DNA from: an uncultured Candidatus Binatia bacterium
GTDB lineage: Bacteria > Desulfobacterota > Binatia > UBA9968 > JAJDTQ01
Reading direction: 5' to 3'
Assembly (NCBI GenBank): GCA_965213675.1
Contig: OZ243916.1
Coordinates: 2,688,001-2,752,000 of the forward strand
Length of the DNA: 64,000 nt
Shown: one piece after another, positions 51,503-61,242 of the stretch
Layout: every line of letters starts with the position of its first letter
How positions within the stretch are numbered: position 1 is the first letter of the stretch
Position numbers and translations under genes: made by a program
The notes under the pieces: generated by a model
Seen by the model: only the letters and a program-made list of their open reading frames with translations
The model's database searches: none
What the model was told of the DNA's origin: nothing

Positions 51503-51555
51503 AAGTTATCAACTGATTACTATAATGTCAAGCATGTACTCAACTGAGAACTGAA
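51503..51555 (-). promoter_or_regulatory. Leftward sigma70 promoter TTGACA-N17-TAACTT overlapped by AACTGA direct repeats
   Basis: -35 at 51526-51531, -10 at 51503-51508; tcaactga at 51509 and 51540, gaactga at 51548; TATAAT on + strand at 51521. Confidence 0.7.
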
Positions 51556-51561
51556 TACACC

Positions 51562-52197
51562 ATGCCCCGGAGAAAAACAAGACTCCCCAGGACATCCCTT
51601 GCCCGCCGCCTGACGCTGGCCATGGCGGAACGCGACCCGCTGGAGGTGGCGCGGCGCGCGGGCATCTCCAAGACGGCGGTCTACAATTACATGGCCGGCG
51701 ACAGGGCGCCGCAATCCGCCATCCTGCACCGGTTGGCTTCGGTATGCGGGGTGTCGCTGGAATGGCTGCTGGCCACCAACGACCAGGTCCGGGACGTGTC
51801 CGGTCATGTGCCGGACGACCTTCCCGTGGTGGGACGGGCCGGGGCGGGGCGGGGCGAGTTCTCGGAGGACGGCTTTCCGGTGGGCGAGGGATGGCGCCGG
51901 GTATCACGCCCATACGACATCAAGGACACCCATGCCTTCGGCGTAGAGGTGCGCGGCCACTCCATGAGCCCGCGCTATGAAGACCGGGAGATCGTGGTAT
52001 GCTCGCCCGACAAGGAGTGGCGCTCCGGCGACTACTGCGTGGTGAAGACCGTGGACGGCGAGTACCTGATCAAGCGCGTCAAGAAGGAGGACGGCAACCT
52101 GGTGCTCATCAGCATTGCCCACGGCTACGATCCCATCCTCATGCCGCTGTCGGAAGTCGCCGGCATCTACCGCATCGTCTGGAAGAAGGAGCGATAA
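51562..52197 (+). CDS. XRE HTH + S24 peptidase (phage CI/LexA-like) repressor
   Basis: HTH, VGRAGAG cleavage site, GHSMSP Ser, LIKR Lys. Confidence 0.9.
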   Translation: MPRRKTRLPRTSLARRLTLAMAERDPLEVARRAGISKTAVYNYMAGDRAPQSAILHRLASVCGVSLEWLLATNDQVRDVSGHVPDDLPVVGRAGAGRGEFSEDGFPVGEGWRRVSRPYDIKDTHAFGVEVRGHSMSPRYEDREIVVCSPDKEWRSGDYCVVKTVDGEYLIKRVKKEDGNLVLISIAHGYDPILMPLSEVAGIYRIVWKKER

Positions 52198-52214
52198 GGA
52201 GAGAGGGAGACTCC

Positions 52215-53093
52215 ATGGGAGACTACAGCGAGATCCTGTACGAGAAGCGCGGCGCCGCGGGGTTGATCACGCTCAACCGGCCGCAGGTGATGAACGCCAT
52301 CAGCCCGACGGTGCAGGAGGAGATGTCCGCGGCGCTGGACGAGGCCGTGGGCGACCCCGAGGTGCGCGCCGTCATCATCACCGGCGCCGGGCGCGCCTTT
52401 TCCGCGGGCATGGATCAAGGCCCCAAACCCGGGCGGCGGCGCGACCTGCAATGGCCCTACGGCGTCCCCACGGGACAGGCCGCGTCGGACTGGATCGATT
52501 CGTGGCGCGGGCGCGAGGGCAACGAGTTCCTGCGGCTGTGGGAACTGGACAAGCCGGTGATCGGCGCCATCAACGGTTGGGCCATGGGCGCGGGTTCGTG
52601 GCTGGCGCTGTGCACCCACATCACCATCGCGTCGGAGCACGCCGTCTTCGCCCAGCCCGAGGTGCGCCACGGCTCCAACACCAGCTTCCTCTGGACCATG
52701 CTCGCCGGTGTCAAGAACTCGTTGCGCTACGGCTTGGTGGGGGATCACATCGACGCCCAGGAGGCGCTGCGCATCGGTCTCGTCATCAAGGTGGTGCCCC
52801 ACGAGCGGCTGCTGGACGAATGCCTGGAACTGGCGGAGCGCATCGCATTGGTGCCGCCCGAGACGGTGAAGATCAACCTGGCCATCGCCACCCTGGGCAT
52901 GGAGATGATGGGCCTGCGCGACGCCCTGATGCTCGACTCGCAGCTTTCGGCCCCAGCCCACGTGATGCTGCGCGAGGAGCACCGGCGCCCGCTCAACGAG
53001 GCGCGCGCGAAGAACATCCGCGAGTACCTGCAACTGCGCGACGGCCCGTTCCAGCCCGAGCCCTTCGGCCCGCGGTCGAAGCCCAGGGAGTAG
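52215..53093 (+). CDS. Enoyl-CoA hydratase/isomerase family protein
   Basis: ITLNRP, AFSAGMD, AINGWAMGAG, QPEVRHG. Confidence 0.88.
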   Translation: MGDYSEILYEKRGAAGLITLNRPQVMNAISPTVQEEMSAALDEAVGDPEVRAVIITGAGRAFSAGMDQGPKPGRRRDLQWPYGVPTGQAASDWIDSWRGREGNEFLRLWELDKPVIGAINGWAMGAGSWLALCTHITIASEHAVFAQPEVRHGSNTSFLWTMLAGVKNSLRYGLVGDHIDAQEALRIGLVIKVVPHERLLDECLELAERIALVPPETVKINLAIATLGMEMMGLRDALMLDSQLSAPAHVMLREEHRRPLNEARAKNIREYLQLRDGPFQPEPFGPRSKPRE

Positions 53094-53226
53094 ACCGGCA
53101 AGGTCCGAGGCCATCCGGGCTGACGATGCGGCGCGCGGGCGGTTCGACCCTCCGCCAGCGCCACGGCATCCCCGGTGCGGGACCGCCGCGTCCGTCCGAA
53201 CGACACACGCTTGCAAGGAGAATCCC

Positions 53227-54105
53227 ATGTCCGCGTACCAGAACCTCCTCTATGAAAAGAAGCGCAGCGGCGCGCTCATCACCCTCAACCGCCCGGAACG
53301 GCGCAACGCCCTGAGCGAAGCGCTCCTGGCCGAACTCGACACGGCCCTGGCCGAGGCCAAGGACGACCCCGAGGTGCGGGGCGTCATCCTCACCGGCGCG
53401 GGCGACAGCTTCTCCAGCGGCGAGGACATGTCCGGGAACGGCGATCCGGAAACCGTCTGGCCCCAGGCTCTGCCCGAAGGCGTGCCGCTGTACAAGGAAT
53501 TCGACGAGGCGCGGGACAAGGACCGCGAGGAAATCCTGCGCCGGCGCCTCTATCGCTGGGAGTACCCCAAGCCCATCATCGGCGCGGTCAACGGCTGGTG
53601 CCTGGGCACCGCGTCGTGGCTGGCCCTCACCTGCCACCTGACCGTGGCCGCGGACGACGCTGTCTTCGGCCAGCCGCAAGTACGGCAGGCAGCCGGCACC
53701 GATTTCATCTGGGTGCTGCTGGCCGGCCCCAAGAACGCCCTGCGCTACGCCCTCACCGGCGACCATGTGGACGCCGCCGAAGCCCTGCGCATCGGACTGG
53801 TGAACCGGGTCGTCCCCAAGGAGGACCTCCTTGGCGAATGCTTCCGTATGGTCGAGCGCGTGGCCCTGGTGCCGCCCGAAACCGTCAAGATCAACCTCGC
53901 CATCGCCACCCAGGGATTGGAGATGATGGGCCTCCACAAGGCCTGGCTCCTCAACGCCGAACTGAGCGCCATGGCCCGTCTCTCCAAGCGCGAGGAGTTC
54001 AACAAGCGCCTGGAAGACGCCCGCAAGCAGGGCGGCCTGCGCGCCTTCTTCGAAGCCCGCGACAAACCGTTCCGACCCGAGCCCTTCGGGCCGTTTGCCA
54101 AGTGA
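53227..54105 (+). CDS. Enoyl-CoA hydratase/isomerase family protein, paralog of upstream gene
   Basis: ITLNRP, FSSGED, AVNGW, QPQVRQ; shared VPPETVKINL and PEPFGP. Confidence 0.88.
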   Translation: MSAYQNLLYEKKRSGALITLNRPERRNALSEALLAELDTALAEAKDDPEVRGVILTGAGDSFSSGEDMSGNGDPETVWPQALPEGVPLYKEFDEARDKDREEILRRRLYRWEYPKPIIGAVNGWCLGTASWLALTCHLTVAADDAVFGQPQVRQAAGTDFIWVLLAGPKNALRYALTGDHVDAAEALRIGLVNRVVPKEDLLGECFRMVERVALVPPETVKINLAIATQGLEMMGLHKAWLLNAELSAMARLSKREEFNKRLEDARKQGGLRAFFEARDKPFRPEPFGPFAK

Positions 54106-54152
54106 CAACGACCGAGCCAAAGCCACAGCCGCGACACCGTGAAGACCGACCC

Positions 54153-55007
54153 ATGCCGGGATTCGTAGCCGACCCGCCGTCGACATACGGAGGATCATGG
54201 ACCCTGGAGAAGTTGCAGATCCTCCGAGCGTATCTCAACGCCTATACGACGGCGCTCAAGAATCAGCCCTTTCGGCTGGTATACATCGATGCATTCGCTG
54301 GGACCGGATCCCTTAATCTTCCCGATCAGGATCCGGACTTCAGACAATTCCATGACGGTTCGGCTGCGATAGCGCTCGACGTTCAGGACAAACCGTTTGA
54401 CCGATTAATCTTCGTGGAACAGGATCGGGCTCGCTGCCAAGAACTGGCGAAGCTTCAAGACTCCCACGTTGCCAGAGACATCCGGATCGAAAATTCAGAA
54501 GCCAATCAGTACCTATGCTCACTTCAAGAGGATTGGCGTGAGTGGCGAGGGGTTCTGTTCCTCGATCCGTTTGCCACTCAAGTCGAGTGGTCGACGCTCA
54601 AGGAGATCGCTGCGCTACAAGCATTGGACACTTGGATCCTGTTCCCCGTGTCCGCAGTTGCCCGCATGCTTCCGAAGTCGAAGCGGCCTGACGACATTTC
54701 GAATCAATGGGCGCAACGATTGACCAGCGTGTTCGGCGATGAAGGATGGCGCGAACTGTATCGAGAGCCTTCACAACGGAACCTCTTCGGAACCGTACAG
54801 CACGAGCGAGATCCGGGCGTGGATGGACTACTTGGAATCTACAAGGCCAAACTGGCCAGTCTGTTCGGAGATCGGTTCCTCAAACAATCTCGATCTTTTT
54901 TGAACTCGAAGAAATCCACGTTGTTCGAGCTCTTGTTCTGCGTAGGCCATCCGAAAGGAACAGCTCCCGCCAAGCGTATCGCAGGGCATATCCTGGAACA
55001 TCTTTAG
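54153..55007 (+). CDS. Three-Cys-motif partner protein (TcmP), methyltransferase-like
   Basis: [22 protein letters not shown]; adjacent to DUF5131 gene. Confidence 0.85.
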   Translation: MPGFVADPPSTYGGSWTLEKLQILRAYLNAYTTALKNQPFRLVYIDAFAGTGSLNLPDQDPDFRQFHDGSAAIALDVQDKPFDRLIFVEQDRARCQELAKLQDSHVARDIRIENSEANQYLCSLQEDWREWRGVLFLDPFATQVEWSTLKEIAALQALDTWILFPVSAVARMLPKSKRPDDISNQWAQRLTSVFGDEGWRELYREPSQRNLFGTVQHERDPGVDGLLGIYKAKLASLFGDRFLKQSRSFLNSKKSTLFELLFCVGHPKGTAPAKRIAGHILEHL

Positions 55008-55009
55008 GC

Positions 55010-55738
55010 ATGGCTTCTCGCTCCGCCATCGAATGGACTGAGATCACCTGGAATCCGGTAACCGGGTGCACGAAGATCAGTCCTGGCTGCAAACACTGCT
55101 ACGCGGAGCGTATGTCCAGGCGGCTGCAAGCCATGGGGGCGCACAAATACCGAGAGGGCTTCAAGGTAACCGTCCACCCGCGTACGTTGGAGGAGCCCGC
55201 GAATTGGCGTCGGCCGCATCTTGTTTTTGTCAACTCCATGTCGGACCTTTTCCACAAATCGGTCCCGGCCGAGTTCATCGGTGCGGTGTTCGATGCTATG
55301 AACCGCTCGCCTCAACACACCTTCCAGGTGCTCACCAAGCGACCCGGGCGGGTCTTACAACTAAAGAACCGGCTGTCATGGACGCCGAATATCTGGCTCG
55401 GAACGAGTATCGAGTCGGTACGGTGGTTGGACAGGTTGGAGCGACTCAGGGAAACCAGTGCTTTGGTCAAATTTCTATCGCTGGAACCCCTGCTTGGACC
55501 ACTAACGGGCATGCCCCTTGATGGCATCGACTGGGTGATTGTCGGCGGCGAATCGGGACCGAGGGCACGACCGATGGAAGCCGACTGGATACGGGAAATC
55601 CGCGACAACTGCCTACAGAACAAGGTGCCATTCTTTTTCAAACAATGGGGCGGGGTATTCAAGAAGAGAACCGGAAGAACCCTGGACAACCAAGTGTGGG
55701 ATCAGATGCCCAACGTGGGGAGTTCCAGGCCAACCTGA
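55010..55738 (+). CDS. DUF5131 (phage Gp37/Gp68 family), radical-SAM-like three-Cys protein
   Basis: [52 protein letters not shown]. Confidence 0.92.
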   Translation: MASRSAIEWTEITWNPVTGCTKISPGCKHCYAERMSRRLQAMGAHKYREGFKVTVHPRTLEEPANWRRPHLVFVNSMSDLFHKSVPAEFIGAVFDAMNRSPQHTFQVLTKRPGRVLQLKNRLSWTPNIWLGTSIESVRWLDRLERLRETSALVKFLSLEPLLGPLTGMPLDGIDWVIVGGESGPRARPMEADWIREIRDNCLQNKVPFFFKQWGGVFKKRTGRTLDNQVWDQMPNVGSSRPT

Positions 55739-55747
55739 AACCGCCGG

Positions 55748-58147
55748 CTACTTGATCGCCTCCGCTTCCTCCAATGCGGCGACCTCCTCTTCCGACAACC
55801 CCAGCACCTCGCCTAGCACGTAAGCGTTGTGGGCGCCGATCCAGGGCGCGGGGCGGGCGGCGCTGGCTTGGGAGCGGGAGGGGATGCCGGGGAGACCGTG
55901 GTGGGCGACGTGGCCCCAGGGGGGCTCGTCGATCTCGACGATGTGGCCGCGCTCGCGCAGGTGGGGGTCGTAGTAGAGGTCCTCGCCGGACATGGGGATG
56001 CCGGCGGCGACGCCGGCCTGCTGGAGGCGGCGGAAGGCCTGGCGGGCGGTCTGGGTGCGGGTCCAGCCCGTGAGCTTTTCATCCAACTCGTCGCGGTGCT
56101 GGCGGCGTCCGTTCCTCGTGGCGAAGCGCGCGTCGTCGGCCCATGAGCCCGCGCCGACGATCCGGGCCACGGCCTGCCATTCTTCGTCGGTCTCGCAGGC
56201 GATGATGATCCAATCGTCGTTGCCGGCGCAGGGGTAGCAGCCGTAGGGGGCGTAGGGCTCCCCGAGTATTTCCCGGTAGCCCAGGGTGTCCCACTCGGCG
56301 CCGTTGACCGTGTAGTCGAGGATCGCCGGGCCCAGCATGGCGCCTTGGGCTTCGAGCATCGAGGCCTCGATGAACTGGCCTTCCCCCGTGCGCTCCTGGT
56401 GCTCCACCGCCGCGGCCACGCCCAAGGTCATGGTGATGGCGCCGACCCGGTCCGGCCAAGCGATCTTGCAGCGCGCGCGCATGGGCGACTCGGGATAGCC
56501 CCACAGGCGCATGAGTCCGGTGTAGGCCAGGAGTTGCCAGCCCCAAGCCACCCATGACTTGAGCGGCCCCTCCCGGCCCCAGCCCGGCATGGACACCTGA
56601 ATGATGCCCGGGTTCACCTTGCGCAGCGACTCGTAGTCGAAGCCGAGCCGCTCCATGACCCCCACGCTGAAGTTCTCCACCACGACTTGCGACCGTTCCA
56701 CGAGACCGCGGAACAGTTCCTTGCCTTGGTCGTGGCGCAGGTTCAGGGTCACGCCGAGCTTGGCCCGGTTCATGTCGGCGTGGGTGGCGGCGGCGCGGCC
56801 CCGGGCCGCCACGGTGTGGGATTCGATCTTGAGCACCTCCGCGCCGTAGTAACCCAGGATTTCGGTCCCAAGAGGGCCGGCGAACTGCTGCGTCAGGTCG
56901 GCCATGCGGAGCCCTGAGAGCATGCCGTCGGTGGGCGCGGCCTGTCCCCCGGCCGCGGCGGCGGTGTTCCCCTGGTTCAACTCGGCCAGCACCTCGTGAC
57001 GGTGCTGATCCAGAAGCGGCGCCGGGCGGTACACCCGCATGGGGGTGCGCGACAGGCGCATGGGGAAGCCGGGGGCGCGGTAGCGGCCGACCACCGGATG
57101 CTCGATTTCCTCCAGCCAGTGGCGCGCGGTCAACTGTTCGCCGTCGACGAACTCGCCCACGGTGTTGAGCGGAGCGGCGGAAAGGTGGCGGCGCTGGGCC
57201 TCGGCCACGAATTCGCCCGCGGTGAAGCCGCTGATGAACTCCGCCACCACCGCGGAGGCCTCGTCGCTGCGGGAGTCGCGGTAGGCCGTGTCCTCCCATT
57301 GAGGTTCGGCCAGGATCGTGCCGGGCATCCAGTTCTGCGTCAGTTCGCGCCACATGTGCGGCAGGTTGGCGGTGAAGTGGACGTAGCGTCCGTCCTTGCA
57401 GCGGTAGATGTTGGTCACCGCGCCGCCGTAGGTCCTGGCGCCGGGCCGGCGGCCCATGCGGTTCTCCAGGGTGTAGCGCGCGATGGAGCTGCTGTTGGTG
57501 AAGGTCAGGGCCTCCTGAAGCGACAGGTCGATGCGCTGGCCCGCGCCGCTGCGGCGGCGGTGGCGCGCGCCGGCCACCGCCAGGGTGGCGGCCACGCATC
57601 CGGCTATCTGATAGGCCGAGTGGGAGGGCGCGGTGCACGGACCGCGCTGATCGTCACCCTGGCCGTAGAGAAAGCCGCCGGCGCCGTTGGTGACGGCGTC
57701 GCTGGTCTTGTAGTGACGGTATGGGCCGGTGCGGCCGAAGGGAGTCATGGACACCGTCACCAACGTCGGATGGTTTTCTTCAAGCCACGCGCCGGTGAAT
57801 CCTCGTTCTTCGAGAAAGCCGGGCGGGGTGGCCTCGATGAACACGTCCGCGGAAAGCAGCAGCCGCGTGAACGCGTCCCGGTCCTCCGTAGCGGCGAGAT
57901 CCAGCGCCAGGCTGCGCTTGTTGGTGTTGGCGTGGAGGAAGGTCAGGCTCCGCTCGGGGTCCGCCACGCCCCCGGCGAAGGGCGGAAGCCGGCGCTCGGG
58001 CGCGCCTTCCGGCGGCTCCACCTTGATGACGTCGGCGCCCAGATCGCCGAGCAGCCGTCCCGCATAGGCCGCCGGCACGTCGCCCAGTTCCACGACGCGC
58101 AGGTGCGCCAGTGCGGCGGGCGCCTGTTGGCTGTGTGGCTCGACCAT
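55748..58147 (-). CDS. Family III (CaiB/BaiF) CoA transferase, two fused domains
   Basis: LGADVIKVEPP, NKRS; second repeat GAEVLKIES, VVENFS, APWIGAH. Confidence 0.9.
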   Translation of the reverse strand: MVEPHSQQAPAALAHLRVVELGDVPAAYAGRLLGDLGADVIKVEPPEGAPERRLPPFAGGVADPERSLTFLHANTNKRSLALDLAATEDRDAFTRLLLSADVFIEATPPGFLEERGFTGAWLEENHPTLVTVSMTPFGRTGPYRHYKTSDAVTNGAGGFLYGQGDDQRGPCTAPSHSAYQIAGCVAATLAVAGARHRRRSGAGQRIDLSLQEALTFTNSSSIARYTLENRMGRRPGARTYGGAVTNIYRCKDGRYVHFTANLPHMWRELTQNWMPGTILAEPQWEDTAYRDSRSDEASAVVAEFISGFTAGEFVAEAQRRHLSAAPLNTVGEFVDGEQLTARHWLEEIEHPVVGRYRAPGFPMRLSRTPMRVYRPAPLLDQHRHEVLAELNQGNTAAAAGGQAAPTDGMLSGLRMADLTQQFAGPLGTEILGYYGAEVLKIESHTVAARGRAAATHADMNRAKLGVTLNLRHDQGKELFRGLVERSQVVVENFSVGVMERLGFDYESLRKVNPGIIQVSMPGWGREGPLKSWVAWGWQLLAYTGLMRLWGYPESPMRARCKIAWPDRVGAITMTLGVAAAVEHQERTGEGQFIEASMLEAQGAMLGPAILDYTVNGAEWDTLGYREILGEPYAPYGCYPCAGNDDWIIIACETDEEWQAVARIVGAGSWADDARFATRNGRRQHRDELDEKLTGWTRTQTARQAFRRLQQAGVAAGIPMSGEDLYYDPHLRERGHIVEIDEPPWGHVAHHGLPGIPSRSQASAARPAPWIGAHNAYVLGEVLGLSEEEVAALEEAEAIK

Positions 58148-58180
58148 GGCCGCGTGGCGAGGTTCAGCGCGATGACCGCG

Positions 58181-59302
58181 CTACACCTGCGGTTCGAGGA
58201 TCTCCAGTCCGTCGAGTCGGTCTATGATGTACAGGAGCCCATTCTCGTCCTGGAAGACATCGTTGCTCTGGACGGTGTTCTGTCCCTTGCCGGGCTCGGG
58301 CACGTAGTAGCCCACCTCCTTCGGCCGATAGGGATTGGACACATCCACCGCGCGCAGGCCGCCGCTGAACCAGGTGACGTAGAGCACATTGCCGTGCACC
58401 TGCTCGTTGGGCTGGTGCGCGCCATAGCGGTCGGTGGGCTCGCCGTCGCGCTCCGGCATGAAGGTCGAAATGGGCACCGGATGTGCCTCGTCGGAGATGT
58501 CCACCACCCACATGAAGGCGTAGGGCAGCGGCGCCGCCTTCTGCGCCTCCTCGTCCGTGACCACCAGGACATCGCGTCCCATGAGCTTCTGGGGCATGGG
58601 CAGGGTGGTGTGCGTGGGCGCGGGGTACGGGGGGCTCCAATCGAGATGGCTCACGAACTTCGGCTGGCTCATGTCGGAGATGTCCAGGATCACGAAGCCG
58701 CCGTGCCAGTAACTCACGTAGAGACGGTCGCCCCGGCGGATGGGATGATGACAGCGATGCATCGTGCCGGGCCACGTGGGCTCCTCGCCGCCGGCGACCC
58801 ACTGTCCCGGCATATGCCAGCGGCCCACTTCCTGGGGATCGGCAGGGTCGGCCAGGTCCAGGATCATGCAGATGTTGCCTACGTATCCTTCCATGACCGG
58901 GGAGAAGTAGGCGTAGTGGCCGTCGAAGGTGAAGCGGTGGACGCCCTTGGCCGCGGCCTTGAAAAACGACACCTCGCGCGGATTGGACGGGTCCGACACG
59001 TCGAACACCTTGAGGCCGCCCTGGGCATCCTGGTTGTTCTCGTAGCGCTCGTAGTTGACGATCATCACGCCGTCCTTGACCGCGGCCTTGTGCGAGTGAA
59101 TGCCCGGCGGCACGTCGAGCCGCGCCACCAGTCTGGGATTCTTGGGATCGCGGACGTCGATGACGGAAGTCCCTTGCGGCGGATCCATGTGACCCACGTA
59201 GGCGAACCCCTTGTCCACCTCGACCTTGCCGCCACCGGGCAGGTCCATGCGCCCCACCAACTTGATTCCGCTGGCCGTTCCGAATCCGTTGCCTGTCGCC
59301 AT
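58181..59302 (-). CDS. LVIVD-repeat beta-propeller protein
   Basis: Repeats VIDVRDP, VFDVSDP, ILDLADP, ILDISD, AVDVSNP; RBS aaggag. Confidence 0.85.
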   Translation of the reverse strand: MATGNGFGTASGIKLVGRMDLPGGGKVEVDKGFAYVGHMDPPQGTSVIDVRDPKNPRLVARLDVPPGIHSHKAAVKDGVMIVNYERYENNQDAQGGLKVFDVSDPSNPREVSFFKAAAKGVHRFTFDGHYAYFSPVMEGYVGNICMILDLADPADPQEVGRWHMPGQWVAGGEEPTWPGTMHRCHHPIRRGDRLYVSYWHGGFVILDISDMSQPKFVSHLDWSPPYPAPTHTTLPMPQKLMGRDVLVVTDEEAQKAAPLPYAFMWVVDISDEAHPVPISTFMPERDGEPTDRYGAHQPNEQVHGNVLYVTWFSGGLRAVDVSNPYRPKEVGYYVPEPGKGQNTVQSNDVFQDENGLLYIIDRLDGLEILEPQV

Positions 59303-59448
59303 GTCCTGGTCTCCTTTCGCGCTCGCATCCGCGCCTGCCGGGTCATGGCCTACATGCACCATTCGCGGGGCAATGGCAATACGCCATCCCCACGGAACAG
59401 ACGGTGTCCACTCCCTCGTGATGGCGACTCGCACGAACGCCCCGAAAC

Positions 59449-59510
59449 ATCATTCCCGCGGGAACGTGCCCTGGATCAGGGTCGAGGGCACGCTTTTGCG
59501 GGAATGACGG
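59449..59510. repeat. REP-like element with inserted ccctggatcagggtcgaggg hairpin
   Basis: Same insert as in 43740-43790; 5' flank resembles that of 19896 copy. Confidence 0.7.
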
Positions 59511-59660
59511 AGTCGGGCGCTGGACTTTTGAAGAGGGTTGGGGCCAAAGCGAAGCGAGCCGCGAGGCACTCAGGCCCCGCGGCTCGCGGGTTTGGCGAGG
59601 GGCGACCGCGGGTCGCCCCTGCGGGAAATTGTCCGGTCACAGATTCCGCGGCGCAAGCCC

Positions 59661-59933
59661 CTAACGCCGGCCGAAGTCGCGGCGCTGGGGCCGGGCCTCG
59701 TTCACCGTGATGGTGCGTCCGCCGAGATCGGTCTCGTTGAGGGCGTTGACCGCTGCCTCTGCCTCGTCCGGGTTCGCCATCTCCACGAAACCGAAGCCAC
59801 GCGACCGGCCCGTGAACTTGTCGATGATCACCTGAGCGGATTCGACCGTGCCGTGTGTCGAGAAGATTTCTTCAAGCTGCATGTCCGTCGTCGAGTACGG
59901 CAACCCGCCGACATAGAGTCTCCTGCCTTCCAT
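59661..59933 (-). CDS. RRM RNA-binding protein
   Basis: LYVGGL (RNP2), RGFGFVEM (RNP1), VNEARP; RBS ggaggg. Confidence 0.93.
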   Translation of the reverse strand: MEGRRLYVGGLPYSTTDMQLEEIFSTHGTVESAQVIIDKFTGRSRGFGFVEMANPDEAEAAVNALNETDLGGRTITVNEARPQRRDFGRR

Positions 59934-60081
59934 TTGTTCCCCTCCTGGATACGTTATGGCCGTACACCCTGGGCGCTGACCTCGAAGGAGTCGAACAGAG
60001 GGAAGATTTCGTTCTGAACCACGATCTCGGTCGGTTCGCAAGGTGAGACTTACGATGGTCTGTCCCCCGTGGGACTGACCC

Positions 60082-60110
60082 ATCCTAGCCCGCCGGTCAA
60101 CCACCGTCAA
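60082..60110 (-). promoter_or_regulatory. sigma70 promoter TTGACG-N17-TAGGAT for the RRM gene
   Basis: Exact 17-nt spacing; implies about 140-nt 5' UTR. Confidence 0.6.
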
Positions 60111-60213
60111 GCGTACCGCCAAGGCGGTTCAGGCAGCCGTGCCCGGAAAGTCCGCCCGCGGCGGAGCCTCGGAACCTCCTTCGGAAAGGCTCCGCCCGCG
60201 GAACGCATCCGAA

Positions 60214-61242
60214 TCAGAGATTGTAGAACCTGCGCGCATTGTCGCCGAGGATCGCTTCCTTCTGCGCGTCCGTGAGCTCGTCCCGTTCGAGGATCTCGTC
60301 GATCTCCTCCATACAGTTGTCCATGGTGATCTCGTGCGGGAAGTCGGAGCAGAACATGAAGATATCGTGCCCCACCCGGTTGACACAGTAGGCAAGCACG
60401 TCCTCGTTGCCCTCGCAGCCGACGAAGACCCGGCCGCCACGGAAGTAATCGATGGGGTCCCGTTTGAGCTTGAGGCCGCCGTACTCCGCCTCCCGGTTCA
60501 ACCGGTCGAGCACCAGCGGGATCCACGCCGTGCCTCCCTCAAGAAAGCCCACGCGCAAATCCGGGAACCGGTCGAAGATGCCTTCCGACATCATCCCGGT
60601 CATGTGAATGGCGAGCGGGAAGGGCATGCCCAGCGCGCGGGTGGCCGGGAACACCTTGAACGAGTTGAAGCCGAGGTCGCCGTAACATCCGCCGTGGACC
60701 GCGAGGGCGCAACCAAGCTTCTCCGCCTCCTCGTAGAGCGGCCAGAACTGGTCCGACCCGAAGTGCCGGTCGAGACCGTTGGACGGAAGCATGGCGCATA
60801 CCATCCCCAGGTCCTTGACCGCCCGGCGCAACTCTTCCACCGCCGCGGGCACGTCCTGCACCGGAATGAGGGCCACCCCCTTGAAGCGGTCGCTGACCTT
60901 CAGGTACTTCTCCGACAGCCAGTCGTTGTAGGCGCGCGCATACGCCGCCGCCCATTCGGGGAAGTGTACCTGGCCGTAGGAAAGACCTGCCGTGGGATAG
61001 AGCACCGAGGCCTCGATCCCGGTCTTCTTGAGGAACTCGAGCCAGCGTTCGGGTCCCACCGAAGCATCGAAGATCCCTTCCGGCTCGATGTGCCGGCTCC
61101 GCGGCGTGTGGAAATTGTCGAGGCTCGGCAGCATCTGACGGAAGCTCAGGCGGCCGCGGCCCAGGTACTCCTGATCGATGTGCTCGTTGATCTCGTTCTC
61201 ACGCTCCATGATATGCCCGTCGGCATCGATGTATGCACCCAT
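60214..61242 (-). CDS. Amidohydrolase family 2 protein
   Basis: DADGH, YNDWL, AVH, LEGG, SDFPH. Confidence 0.9.
   Translation of the reverse strand: MGAYIDADGHIMERENEINEHIDQEYLGRGRLSFRQMLPSLDNFHTPRSRHIEPEGIFDASVGPERWLEFLKKTGIEASVLYPTAGLSYGQVHFPEWAAAYARAYNDWLSEKYLKVSDRFKGVALIPVQDVPAAVEELRRAVKDLGMVCAMLPSNGLDRHFGSDQFWPLYEEAEKLGCALAVHGGCYGDLGFNSFKVFPATRALGMPFPLAIHMTGMMSEGIFDRFPDLRVGFLEGGTAWIPLVLDRLNREAEYGGLKLKRDPIDYFRGGRVFVGCEGNEDVLAYCVNRVGHDIFMFCSDFPHEITMDNCMEEIDEILERDELTDAQKEAILGDNARRFYNL

Noticed and set aside
51109-55738. Prophage (CI-like repressor plus Gp37/Gp68 family gene)
   Set aside because: No integrase, replication, terminase or structural genes; crotonases intervene
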